Assembly: GCA_025463125.1 (NCBI GenBank)
Contig: JAOAPX010000152.1
Coordinates: 19,816-83,815, forward strand
Direction: 5' to 3'
DNA: 64,000 nucleotides
Source of the DNA: Acidobacteriota bacterium
Lineage (GTDB): Bacteria; Acidobacteriota; Blastocatellia; Pyrinomonadales; Pyrinomonadaceae
A program made the translations under genes and the position numbers. The notes under the pieces are model-generated. The model was given only the letters and a program-made list of their open reading frames with translations. It was not told where the DNA came from and did no database searches. How positions within the stretch are numbered: the first letter of the stretch is position 1; the number at the start of each line of letters is the position of its first letter. Shown here one piece after another: positions 45,500-53,824 of the stretch.

Positions 45500-46081
45500 C
45501 TAAATTTGTTTGCGGCGAAACAAAAGACGTGAAAAGATTACGGCTGAAAATCCGAAAATAACTGTAAATAAAGCGATCGAAACGGTCGAGCTAAAAACGA
45601 ACTGGAACAAAAGCGACCGCACAATAACAATGATTCCGAGGGCAATGTCGTAAATCAGGTGAAAGGCAAAGCTGCCGACGACAAGAAACTGTTCGAAAAC
45701 TCTGCCGAACGAAAACAAAACGCTTTTCGCTTCTGCGCCGAGACCGATTAAAACCAGCAAAAAAAGCGCGGAACAAATTAAAAGAGCGTTAAATCTTTCG
45801 CTTGAGCGGCGCAGACCGCTGACGCGGCTCTCGGCATTGGCAACGACAACTTTCGTAAAATTTTCGGGAAGCTCGAATTTTTCTTCTTCCAGAGCGAAAT
45901 CCAAAGCGCGAAGCAATTTCTTTTGTTGATTGAGTTCTTCAGCGCAGCTTTCGCAAACCGCCAGATGCATTTCAAGCTCGAGTTCTTCGCGCTGGGATAG
46001 CTCGCCGTCGATATAAGCGGCAATATCTGCGCGCTGACACTCGTTTGAAATTTCTACGTCCTGAAAACTCATTTTTATCAA
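45500..46081 (-). CDS. Anti-sigma factor (zf-HC2 type), membrane-anchored
   Basis: HLAVCESCAEEL matches the H-x3-C-x2-C zinc motif. C-terminal TM helices. Confidence 0.75.
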   Translation of the reverse strand: MIKMSFQDVEISNECQRADIAAYIDGELSQREELELEMHLAVCESCAEELNQQKKLLRALDFALEEEKFELPENFTKVVVANAESRVSGLRRSSERFNALLICSALFLLVLIGLGAEAKSVLFSFGRVFEQFLVVGSFAFHLIYDIALGIIVIVRSLLFQFVFSSTVSIALFTVIFGFSAVIFSRLLFRRKQI

Positions 46082-46108
46082 AAATTTATCAATAAGAAAT
46101 AAAAAAAA

Positions 46109-46483
46109 CTATTTTAAGAATTTAATGGTCAAAGGATATTCCCAGAATTCCCCGTTGTACGCTTTGACAGCCCCGACGATCGGAAACGCGACGCTTAAAA
46201 CCATCAGCGCGATAAAGCCCAGAAACCCGATTAAAACGATGGCTAAAATTCCGCTCACCACGCTGTAAATCAAAGCGGAAAGCATCCAGTTAGCAATCAT
46301 TTTGCCGTGCGCGTCCAGAGCCGGGATTTTATCTTTTTTCATCTGCCAGATTACGATCGGCGCAATAATGCCTGCCGGCGGAAGGATAAAATTAAAAAGC
46401 TGCGACAAATGCAAAAACATTCCGAGTTGTTTTTGTTCGGGAGTTTGAAGCTGCGACGGCGGTTGATGCTGCATCTGATTCAT
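46109..46483 (-). CDS. DUF4870-like small membrane protein
   Basis: 124 aa. LHLSQLFNFILPPAGIIAPIVIWQMKKD...DAHGKMIANWMLSALIY is typical of DUF4870. Confidence 0.65.
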   Translation of the reverse strand: MNQMQHQPPSQLQTPEQKQLGMFLHLSQLFNFILPPAGIIAPIVIWQMKKDKIPALDAHGKMIANWMLSALIYSVVSGILAIVLIGFLGFIALMVLSVAFPIVGAVKAYNGEFWEYPLTIKFLK

Positions 46484-46499
46484 AAAATTGCTCCTCGAA

Positions 46500-47114
46500 T
46501 TAAATCCCTGTAAACCCTCTATCGATAAACATTTCGCGCATCATCTCGCGCGCCCTGAAAAGGCGATTTTTTACCGTTCCGAGCGGCAAATTGGTAATCT
46601 CCGCGATTTCGTCGTAACTCATATCCTGCGAATGTCTGAGCAGAATCAAATCTCTATAAGTTGCGGGCAGACAATTTACTACCGCTTCAATCTCGTTGCG
46701 CCACTCGGTTCGCTCGCGTTCCTGCTCGGGCGTCGGGCGCGGGCTTTCGATTTGCAGTTCATACGCGCCGTCTTCGCTTTCGGTTTCGAGACTTTGCTGA
46801 TTAACCGAATTACGCCGCATATAATCGATCGCCGCGTTGTGCGCGATGCGGTAAAGCCAGGTTGAAAATTTATAATCGGAACTGTATTTTTCGAGCGAAT
46901 TATAAACCTTGATAAAAACTTCCTGCGTTACGTCAAGCGCCGCTTCGTAATCGGAAAGCATTCGATAGACATATCCCGTAATCGGTCGCTGGTAGCGGCG
47001 AACCAGCTCTTCAAAGCCGTCTTCGCGCCCGCTGATAGCGTTTGCAATCAGTTCGATGTCGGTTGAGGTTTTTATATTTTCCATTGCTAAAATTTGGATT
47101 GCCATAACGCACAA
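46500..47114 (-). CDS. ECF-type RNA polymerase sigma-70 factor
   Basis: Region 2 (ALDVTQEVFIKVY...WLYRIAHNAAIDYMRR) and region 4 (MSYDEIAEITNLPLGTVKNRLFRAR). The start is uncertain (47114, 47105 or 47084). Confidence 0.9.
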   Translation of the reverse strand: MCVMAIQILAMENIKTSTDIELIANAISGREDGFEELVRRYQRPITGYVYRMLSDYEAALDVTQEVFIKVYNSLEKYSSDYKFSTWLYRIAHNAAIDYMRRNSVNQQSLETESEDGAYELQIESPRPTPEQERERTEWRNEIEAVVNCLPATYRDLILLRHSQDMSYDEIAEITNLPLGTVKNRLFRAREMMREMFIDRGFTGI

Positions 47115-47117
47115 GTT

Positions 47118-47145
47118 ATACGAGGATTTTTCACGCTCGGTTTCA
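47118..47145 (-). promoter_or_regulatory. Possible ECF-type autoregulated promoter
   Basis: Minus strand: TGAAAC-N17-CGTAT (GAAC-like -35, CGT-type -10) immediately upstream of the sigma gene. A weak call. Confidence 0.3.
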
Positions 47146-47153
47146 GAAAAGTT

Positions 47154-47202
47154 CGAAATTCAAAGTTTAAGTTTGGCAGGAGAACTTAAACTTTGAATTT
47201 CG
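47154..47202. terminator. Perfect 20-bp stem hairpin between the secretion operon and the sigma gene
   Basis: cgaaattcaaagtttaagtt (47154-47173) / aacttaaactttgaatttcg (47183-47202) with a 9-nt loop. The U-tract is poor. Confidence 0.6.
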
Positions 47203-47226
47203 TGCAGAGAGTTTCTAATTTTGAAT

Positions 47227-48162
47227 TTATTTTAAGCCTAAAGCTGCGAGACCGGCAGGAGCGGCGATGTCGTCGAATCTCAAACTACTCGAAGGAATAT
47301 ATAACCCGATGTCTTCGGGACGCAGTATATTCAACGCTTTTCCGAGCGCGTCATTCGAGATTTCCCTGATTTTTTCGGGAACGAGATCTCTGCCGATCAC
47401 CAAAAGATTGTCGAGCGGACTTTCGCTTTGCTCTTGTGCGAGGCGGTCGCGATAAAACATTAAAAGACGGAAAATTTCATCTTCGCGCTCGCTTTCGCTG
47501 CAAATTACGGTTCGAACGACAACCGGTTCTTCACCGCGCATCAAAAGCGCCGTAAACCCGTCGTTTTGCGAGCTGATTAAAAGCGAATCGGTTTTATTCT
47601 GCCTATCAATCAGCCAGTTCGATTCGCTGACGGCGCGCGGCAAAATCAAGCCGGCTTTCCAGCCCTGCGTTTCAAACAAAGTTTCGTATTCGTCAATCAC
47701 GGAAAGTTTTACGGCTGTCGCGAAATAGCGCGCTTTCCCGTCGCGGTCGGCGGTGATTTTCTGCCGGGAAATTCTCATTTCACCGGAAGTCGCGCCGAAA
47801 ACCTGTTCGGATTTCCAATCGAGAATTTCCGATAATTCATTCGCCGAAGCCGGTTCGGAATCGAGCGTTAAAATAGCAGAGCGCGCCGTGTTGCTCGGCA
47901 ATGAAACCGACCAACGCTTCTGACTTGCCAACCCGGCGTTTACAACCGCTTCGTCAAGCAAAACGCGCAGTTCCTCGACGCCGTGAATATTTTTTTCCAA
48001 AAAGCCAGGTGTCAGCAAATTCGACGGCAGCTCAACAGTTGCCGCCTGCTTGATGCCGAACTGTCCTTTGCCTTCTTTTTGCAGAGCTAATGCGGTAACG
48101 CTGTTTTGTTCCAAGCCGAGAGCCGCTTTCGGATAATTCGGTTGAGTTAATGCTGATAACAT
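47227..48162 (-). CDS. PilM/GspL-like (actin-fold) assembly protein, divergent
   Basis: N-terminal ALGLEQNSVTALALQKEG...ATVELPSNLLTPGF...EELRVLLDEAV follows the PilM N-terminal pattern. It is the last gene of the secretion operon. The assignment is tentative. Confidence 0.5.
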   Translation of the reverse strand: MLSALTQPNYPKAALGLEQNSVTALALQKEGKGQFGIKQAATVELPSNLLTPGFLEKNIHGVEELRVLLDEAVVNAGLASQKRWSVSLPSNTARSAILTLDSEPASANELSEILDWKSEQVFGATSGEMRISRQKITADRDGKARYFATAVKLSVIDEYETLFETQGWKAGLILPRAVSESNWLIDRQNKTDSLLISSQNDGFTALLMRGEEPVVVRTVICSESEREDEIFRLLMFYRDRLAQEQSESPLDNLLVIGRDLVPEKIREISNDALGKALNILRPEDIGLYIPSSSLRFDDIAAPAGLAALGLK

Positions 48163-48284
48163 TTTTTATAGTTGATGATAAGGTCAAATCAATGTTTTTT
48201 AATGGTGAATGATGAATGAAAGAAGCTTTCTTGTTTTTTCATTCCCCATTTACTATTTACCATTAAATACATTGATTATTAATC

Positions 48285-48725
48285 TTAGTAGTCTTCGTAT
48301 TTCTTGCCGTCGCTGTCCTCGCCGTCAGCCATGCTTTTAACGTCGGTTAATCCCTGTTCGCCGTCTGAAGAATTCGGGTCTTCGCCCTGAACGGTTTTCC
48401 ATTCGGCTTTTTCCGTGATCGGATCGACCGGAACTTCACGCAGATATTTTCCTTCGACTAAATCTTCGATCGACTGCGGCAATTTACCTTTATCGGCGGC
48501 ATACTGATCGATCGAACGGCGCATCTGCCAGAGATTTTCGCGCAGAACCGTCTCACGCGCATTTTGTACGCTTCGCTGGTAAGTCGGCATCGCCACCGAA
48601 ATCAAAATGATAAGAATAAACATCGTAATCATCAGTTCGAGCAAAGAAAAACCTTTTTCGGATTTTAATCTGTGAACCGCGATTTTCGATTTTCGACTTT
48701 GATTTTCTAAAAACTTACCAATCAC
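48285..48725 (-). CDS. GspG-like pseudopilin (prepilin-type N-terminal methylation motif)
   Basis: KG-FSLLELMITMFILIILISVAMP (G/F cleavage site, Glu at +5) and a C-terminal GspG-like segment KLPQSIEDLVEGKYLREVPVDPIT. Confidence 0.8.
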   Translation of the reverse strand: MIGKFLENQSRKSKIAVHRLKSEKGFSLLELMITMFILIILISVAMPTYQRSVQNARETVLRENLWQMRRSIDQYAADKGKLPQSIEDLVEGKYLREVPVDPITEKAEWKTVQGEDPNSSDGEQGLTDVKSMADGEDSDGKKYEDY

Positions 48726-49356
48726 TGTATTTCTCCCCGTTTAAGGCTTCATCATCGGAATTCGAGCGAACGTCAAAGACATTTACGCTGTCCCAATTTT
48801 CTTCATCTTTCGCCTGATATGACGAGCGCAATTTCCAATCCGATTCGCCGGTCATCGGATCGATCGGCATTTCCCGAAGATAAACCTTTATAACTTCTTT
48901 TTCTTCGTTCAGATCGGTCGCGTCTGTGTCGGAAAAAACTCCGCCCTGCTTTATTTTAACGCCTCTGGATTTAACCTTGACGCCTTCTGCCAGTATTTCA
49001 AGACTCGGCGGATAGCGGTCGAGATTTTCGGAATCAAAAATAGTGCAGTCGTCAATTACGACGCGGCTGCGCGGATCGGCTGGCGCTGGCGGAACTATGC
49101 CTGCTCCGGCTTGATTTGTCGTTCTAACTGCACCTTGCGGGCACGAACCGAAAGTATCGCGCTTGAATTCGTCGATCGCGCTGCGAATATCCCGAAGCGT
49201 TTCGCGAAGGCGCACTTCTTTCTGTCGCTTAACGGCATTTTGCGCGAGCGGTATCGTGCCCATTATCAAAATCGAAAGGACCGTTAAAGTTATAATCAAC
49301 TCTAAAAGCGTATAGCCTTCAAACGATTTCGGATTTATTTTCTGCTTAATGTTCAC
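48715..49356 (-). CDS. Second GspG-like pseudopilin with an inserted domain
   Basis: EG-YTLLELIITLTVLSILIMGTIPLA and YLREMPIDPMTG. It overlaps the downstream pseudopilin gene by 11 nt. Confidence 0.75.
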   Translation of the reverse strand: MNIKQKINPKSFEGYTLLELIITLTVLSILIMGTIPLAQNAVKRQKEVRLRETLRDIRSAIDEFKRDTFGSCPQGAVRTTNQAGAGIVPPAPADPRSRVVIDDCTIFDSENLDRYPPSLEILAEGVKVKSRGVKIKQGGVFSDTDATDLNEEKEVIKVYLREMPIDPMTGESDWKLRSSYQAKDEENWDSVNVFDVRSNSDDEALNGEKYSDW

Positions 49357-49373
49357 GTTTACCGCTCAACTCG

Positions 49374-51959
49374 TTAAAACTTGACCGCGAAATTCTTTCC
49401 GTCCGCCGTCAAAACAGTCATCATATCTTTAACAAACGACATTTCGTGCTTGCCGTCAATTAAAGCTTCGATTTCGATGTAAGCGAGAACGCCCGAAGCG
49501 TTTTCCGCCATATCTTTCGCCGACGATAAGCTGACAAACGTTTTGCCGTTTTGATTTACAAACGGAGTCGCCGAAGTGTTCGCGATATCTTTACCGAAAA
49601 CATCGCCGTAACTGACCGAACGAACAGCCAGTTTTTTATTATCGAACTGCAAACCTAAAACAGCCGAACGAAACGCCGAAGCGCTTTTCACCATAACGGG
49701 AATTTTCGTTTTCTCGCCGGCTTTCATTTCAGACAAAGCCGTCAGAAACTGAATCTCAGCCAGCGGAGCGTTTGCCGGAACAGTTTCAGAAGCTTTGTTT
49801 TCTTTATTTTCATTCGGTTTTAACGAAGTTTCCTGAAAGTTCAAAATTCCCTGTCCTGTTTGCGTGTTGCCGGCGGTCGGATTGATTTGCAAAGTTTGCA
49901 CGCCGGAATCAATCGGTCGAATGCTCGACAGCTGCAAGCCGGAGCTTTGCGCCGAAGCGTTTGCCGTCGTTTGCTGCCCGGCTGAAGGATTTTCCGCCGC
50001 CGAATTTGTTTGCGAAACCGCTTGCGCGTCGCTTGATTTTACGTAAGCCGGCGCGTCTTCCGCTTTTTGATCCGGCAATTGAACCTGGGCGACGGTCGGC
50101 AGACGGCGGGCGGCGGCGAGCAGTTCTTCGCGTTCTTCCTGAATAATCATCGCTTCGAGCGAACCGCTTGTCGGAACAGCGACGCTTCCCGTCGGGCGTT
50201 CGATTTCATCTTCCGGCAAAATTGAAGGCGCGCGGATAACTCTCGGCGTCACGGCGATAACAATGTCAACCTGGCGGTTGTCTTTCGTCGGCGCTGTAAA
50301 AAGTCTGCCGATAATCGGAATCAAGCCGAGAAGCGGCAATCCCTGCCGCCCGTTGGTTTGAGTATCCTGAGCGACGCTCGCTAAAAGAAGCGTTTTGTTG
50401 TTTTGGACGCGCGCCGTTCCCTTGATTACGCGTTCGGAAAAACACGGGTTTCCCGTGGTGGTTCCGCAGGCGACGACGTCTTTCGATTCGATTTCCATTG
50501 CCACCTGAACGTCCTGATTCGGGAAAACGATCGGTTTGAACTTTAAGGTTAAACCGACCTGTTCGTAATTGATAACCGAAGCCGCATTATTATTGATGCC
50601 TCCGCCGGGCTGACCGGGCTGATTGCCGTAACCGAGAAGCTGCGCGGTTTGTACCGGAACTCGCTGACCGATTCGCGCCGAAGAATCTTCATTGTTAAAA
50701 GCGTGAATCTGCGTCGAAGCGAGAAGCTTTGTGTTTTGCCTGTTTTGAAAAGCGACCAGGTTGACCGCCGGAAGCACCAAGCCGACGCCGAAAATATTTG
50801 AGATTATGTCAGTCCCTCTTCCAATGACTCCGTAATTGTTGTCTCTTTTGCCGAGTCCGACAACGCCGCTCGTTGTTCCGCCTAAATTTGTCAGGGACGC
50901 TTCGTTACCGATCTGATTCCCCAATTTTAACAAGTCGGATTTTGAAACTTCATAAATCGCCACGTCCATCACTACTTCGGCGCGATCTTTATCAAGCGAA
51001 GTAATCAGCTTGCCCATCAAGCGGATATTTTCTTCCGTGTCGCGAATCGTGATGCTGTTTGTATCTTCGTCAACGATTGAAACGGTCGGGATTCTGCCGG
51101 GCTGCGCTGGAATCGCGCCCTGCAAAACTTTCTGCACGTCTTTCGGGTCGGCGTTTGCCAGGTAAAACGTGCGTAAGACCAATTGCTGAAAATTCTGACG
51201 GCGAACGCCGTTAGCGATTAAAATCGTGCGCGGTCCGACCTTTTGGAAAAACAATCCTTCCTGCAAAAAGATATAATCCAGAGCTTTCGCGGCGGTTACG
51301 TTTTTCAACTCGATTTTCGTGGTTCTCGCCGTGCGGAAAGATTCGGAATCGAAAAGCACGTTTAAATCCAGGTCTTTCGCGAGTTCCTTGATAATAAACT
51401 GCAAATCGACTCCGCTCGGAAACGGCACGTCGCGCAATTTTTCGAGTTTTTGCGGAACCTGCACGTCTTGCGACGCGCCCGCGTTGTAACCGGTTTTAAC
51501 GAGCTTTACGTCAGTGCCGCCGTTATCATTTCTTTTCTCTTCGGAGTCGTCTCCGTTTTCCAGTCCTCTTTGCAAACGAATCATTTTTTCCATCTGATCT
51601 TTTGCAAGTTCATTGACCGGGTCGAAGGCATAAGCCTTGCGGTATGCGAGGTAGGCGCCTTCGTAATCTTTTTCCGCCGCCAGCGAATTTCCTCTTTTCA
51701 TAAACATCTGCGAGGCGTTGAAAATAGCGCGCTGGTAATGCAGACGATACTCTGGATTTTTCGGATTGTCGGCGACCGCCAAAGCGAACTGCTCGACGGC
51801 TTTATCCCATTGCTCAGCAATTTCGGCTTTCATTCCTTCTTTGAAGAATTTTTTCCCGTCGCCTAATGCCAGGACAGAGGTGGGCGCAAGCATCGATGCG
51901 ACGAGCATCAAAGAAAGTAAAAAACGAATATAAGCTGCTGTTTTTGCTGATTTATACAT
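49374..51959 (-). CDS. Secretin (GspD/PilQ family) with an N-terminal TPR region and a C-terminal cohesin-like domain
   Basis: The signal peptide starts at 51959. TPR-like helices are encoded at about 51593-51866. Secretin core (ARIGQRVPV...LLASVAQD...IVIAVTPRVI). A low-complexity linker precedes the terminal 129 aa (49377-49763), which resemble a cohesin fold. Confidence 0.85.
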   Translation of the reverse strand: MYKSAKTAAYIRFLLSLMLVASMLAPTSVLALGDGKKFFKEGMKAEIAEQWDKAVEQFALAVADNPKNPEYRLHYQRAIFNASQMFMKRGNSLAAEKDYEGAYLAYRKAYAFDPVNELAKDQMEKMIRLQRGLENGDDSEEKRNDNGGTDVKLVKTGYNAGASQDVQVPQKLEKLRDVPFPSGVDLQFIIKELAKDLDLNVLFDSESFRTARTTKIELKNVTAAKALDYIFLQEGLFFQKVGPRTILIANGVRRQNFQQLVLRTFYLANADPKDVQKVLQGAIPAQPGRIPTVSIVDEDTNSITIRDTEENIRLMGKLITSLDKDRAEVVMDVAIYEVSKSDLLKLGNQIGNEASLTNLGGTTSGVVGLGKRDNNYGVIGRGTDIISNIFGVGLVLPAVNLVAFQNRQNTKLLASTQIHAFNNEDSSARIGQRVPVQTAQLLGYGNQPGQPGGGINNNAASVINYEQVGLTLKFKPIVFPNQDVQVAMEIESKDVVACGTTTGNPCFSERVIKGTARVQNNKTLLLASVAQDTQTNGRQGLPLLGLIPIIGRLFTAPTKDNRQVDIVIAVTPRVIRAPSILPEDEIERPTGSVAVPTSGSLEAMIIQEEREELLAAARRLPTVAQVQLPDQKAEDAPAYVKSSDAQAVSQTNSAAENPSAGQQTTANASAQSSGLQLSSIRPIDSGVQTLQINPTAGNTQTGQGILNFQETSLKPNENKENKASETVPANAPLAEIQFLTALSEMKAGEKTKIPVMVKSASAFRSAVLGLQFDNKKLAVRSVSYGDVFGKDIANTSATPFVNQNGKTFVSLSSAKDMAENASGVLAYIEIEALIDGKHEMSFVKDMMTVLTADGKNFAVKF

Positions 51960-52138
51960 AATTTTGAGTTGAATTGGATTATTTAAAGACTGCAAAAGCT
52001 TGTGTAACTGCAAACTTCACACGCCCGCGGCACCGCAAAGTTTCAAAAGTTTCACGGAGAAACTCGAACAAAATCATTTCATTTTGCAATAATTATTCGA
52101 TTACTTCAATATAATCAACTAAATAATCAACGAAATAT

Positions 52139-53821
52139 TTACCTGACATCTTCGACAAAAGTTACGCGATTTATTTCATGCAGCGTCGTCTGCCCGGCGA
52201 AAACTTTTTTCACAGCCGACTCGCGCAAACTCGAAAGCCCTTCTTTTTCAGCCTGACGCCGAATTTCCGAACCCGGACGGCGCGCGATAATCATTTCGCG
52301 AATCGTGTCCGACATATCGAGCAGCTCGTGAATCGCCGAACGCCCGCGATAACCCGTGTGATTGCAGGCGTCGCAGCCGACGCTCATATAAAAATGCGTG
52401 TTGCCGACGCTTTCGGGTCGAAGTCCCGATTCGATTAATTCATCCTGGCTCGGCTGGTAAGCTCGCTTGCAGGTGGCGCAAAGTTTACGGACAAGACGCT
52501 GAGCGAGAACGCAGTTGAGCGCCGCAACGAAGTTGTACAGGTCAACCTGCATATTCAAAAAACGCCCGATAACGTCGATCACGTTGTTGGCGTGAACGGT
52601 TGTGAAAACAAGGTGACCGGTCAGCGCCGAGTTGATGGCGATCTGCGCCGTTTCCTCGTCGCGAATCTCCCCGACCATTACCTTATCCGGGTCGTGGCGC
52701 AGAATCGAACGAAGCCCGCGCGCGAAAGTCAAACCTTTCTTTTCGTTGACGGGAATCTGCATAATTCCCTGCAGCTGATACTCGACCGGGTCTTCGATCG
52801 TGATGATCTTGTCTTCGGTATTGCGAATTTCGTTAAGCGCCCCGTAAAGCGTCGTCGTTTTACCGGAACCGGTCGGACCCGTTACGAGAACCATTCCGTA
52901 AGGCTCCTTGATATACAAACGAAAGCGCTGCAAATCTTCCGGGTCAAAACCGACGACTTCGAGACTTAAGTTTTTAAATTCCTCGGAAATCTGTTCTTTA
53001 TCGAGAATACGAATAACGCAGTTTTCGCCGTAAGCCGCCGGCAGAATCGAAACGCGAAAGTCAACCGTTCTGCCTTTGTACCGAACTCTGAATCTGCCGT
53101 CCTGCGGGATTCTGCGCTCGGCGATGTCGAGCTCCGACATTACCTTGATACGCGAAATCAGCGTTTGGTGATACGCCATATCGATCGGATCGACTTTTTG
53201 ATAAAGCGCCCCGTCGATACGGAATTTAACGGCTAAATCGCGGTCGCCCGCTTCGATATGAATATCGGATGCGCGCGATTCCATCGCGTTGTAAACGATC
53301 GTGTCAACCAATTTAATAATCGGCGACATATCGGAATCCGACGCGAGACGGTCTAAATCCAAAACTTCTTCGCCCTGATCGGTTTCTTTAACAAGCGAAA
53401 TCTTAAAGCCCGAAGCGGCTTCCTGCAAAACTCTCTGCGTCGCGTCGCCTCTTTTCAGCACGACGTCAATCGCGCCCTGCGTCGCGACATACGGAACGAT
53501 GCGGACGTTCAGCGCGTTTTCGAGCTCGGCGAGATGCTCCAGGTTGGTCGGGTCAGCCATCGCCGCGTGCAGATTTCTGCCTTCGCGTTTTAAGGGAATA
53601 AAATGATTGCGAAGCATCAAATCAACCGGAATTTTCGTCAGCTCGTCATAATCGATCGGCGATTCCTGATCGGGCGGCAGCAAATCGATATAAGGCAAAC
53701 GGTAACGCCGCGCCAGGGCTTTCGCTTCCCTGACTTCGGGCGGCTCGTTTTCGAGAAAATCAGTCGAAATTTTCGGCGGAGCAGCCGTCGTGACAGTCGC
53801 TCCGTTATTTTGATTGTTCAT
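52139..53821 (-). CDS. Type II secretion / type IV pilus assembly ATPase (GspE/PilB family)
   Basis: T2SSE N-terminal domain, Walker A GPTGSGKTT, Asp and His boxes, and the tetracysteine motif CATCKR...CDACNHTGYRGR. Confidence 0.95.
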   Translation of the reverse strand: MNNQNNGATVTTAAPPKISTDFLENEPPEVREAKALARRYRLPYIDLLPPDQESPIDYDELTKIPVDLMLRNHFIPLKREGRNLHAAMADPTNLEHLAELENALNVRIVPYVATQGAIDVVLKRGDATQRVLQEAASGFKISLVKETDQGEEVLDLDRLASDSDMSPIIKLVDTIVYNAMESRASDIHIEAGDRDLAVKFRIDGALYQKVDPIDMAYHQTLISRIKVMSELDIAERRIPQDGRFRVRYKGRTVDFRVSILPAAYGENCVIRILDKEQISEEFKNLSLEVVGFDPEDLQRFRLYIKEPYGMVLVTGPTGSGKTTTLYGALNEIRNTEDKIITIEDPVEYQLQGIMQIPVNEKKGLTFARGLRSILRHDPDKVMVGEIRDEETAQIAINSALTGHLVFTTVHANNVIDVIGRFLNMQVDLYNFVAALNCVLAQRLVRKLCATCKRAYQPSQDELIESGLRPESVGNTHFYMSVGCDACNHTGYRGRSAIHELLDMSDTIREMIIARRPGSEIRRQAEKEGLSSLRESAVKKVFAGQTTLHEINRVTFVEDVR

Positions 53822-53824
53822 AAA

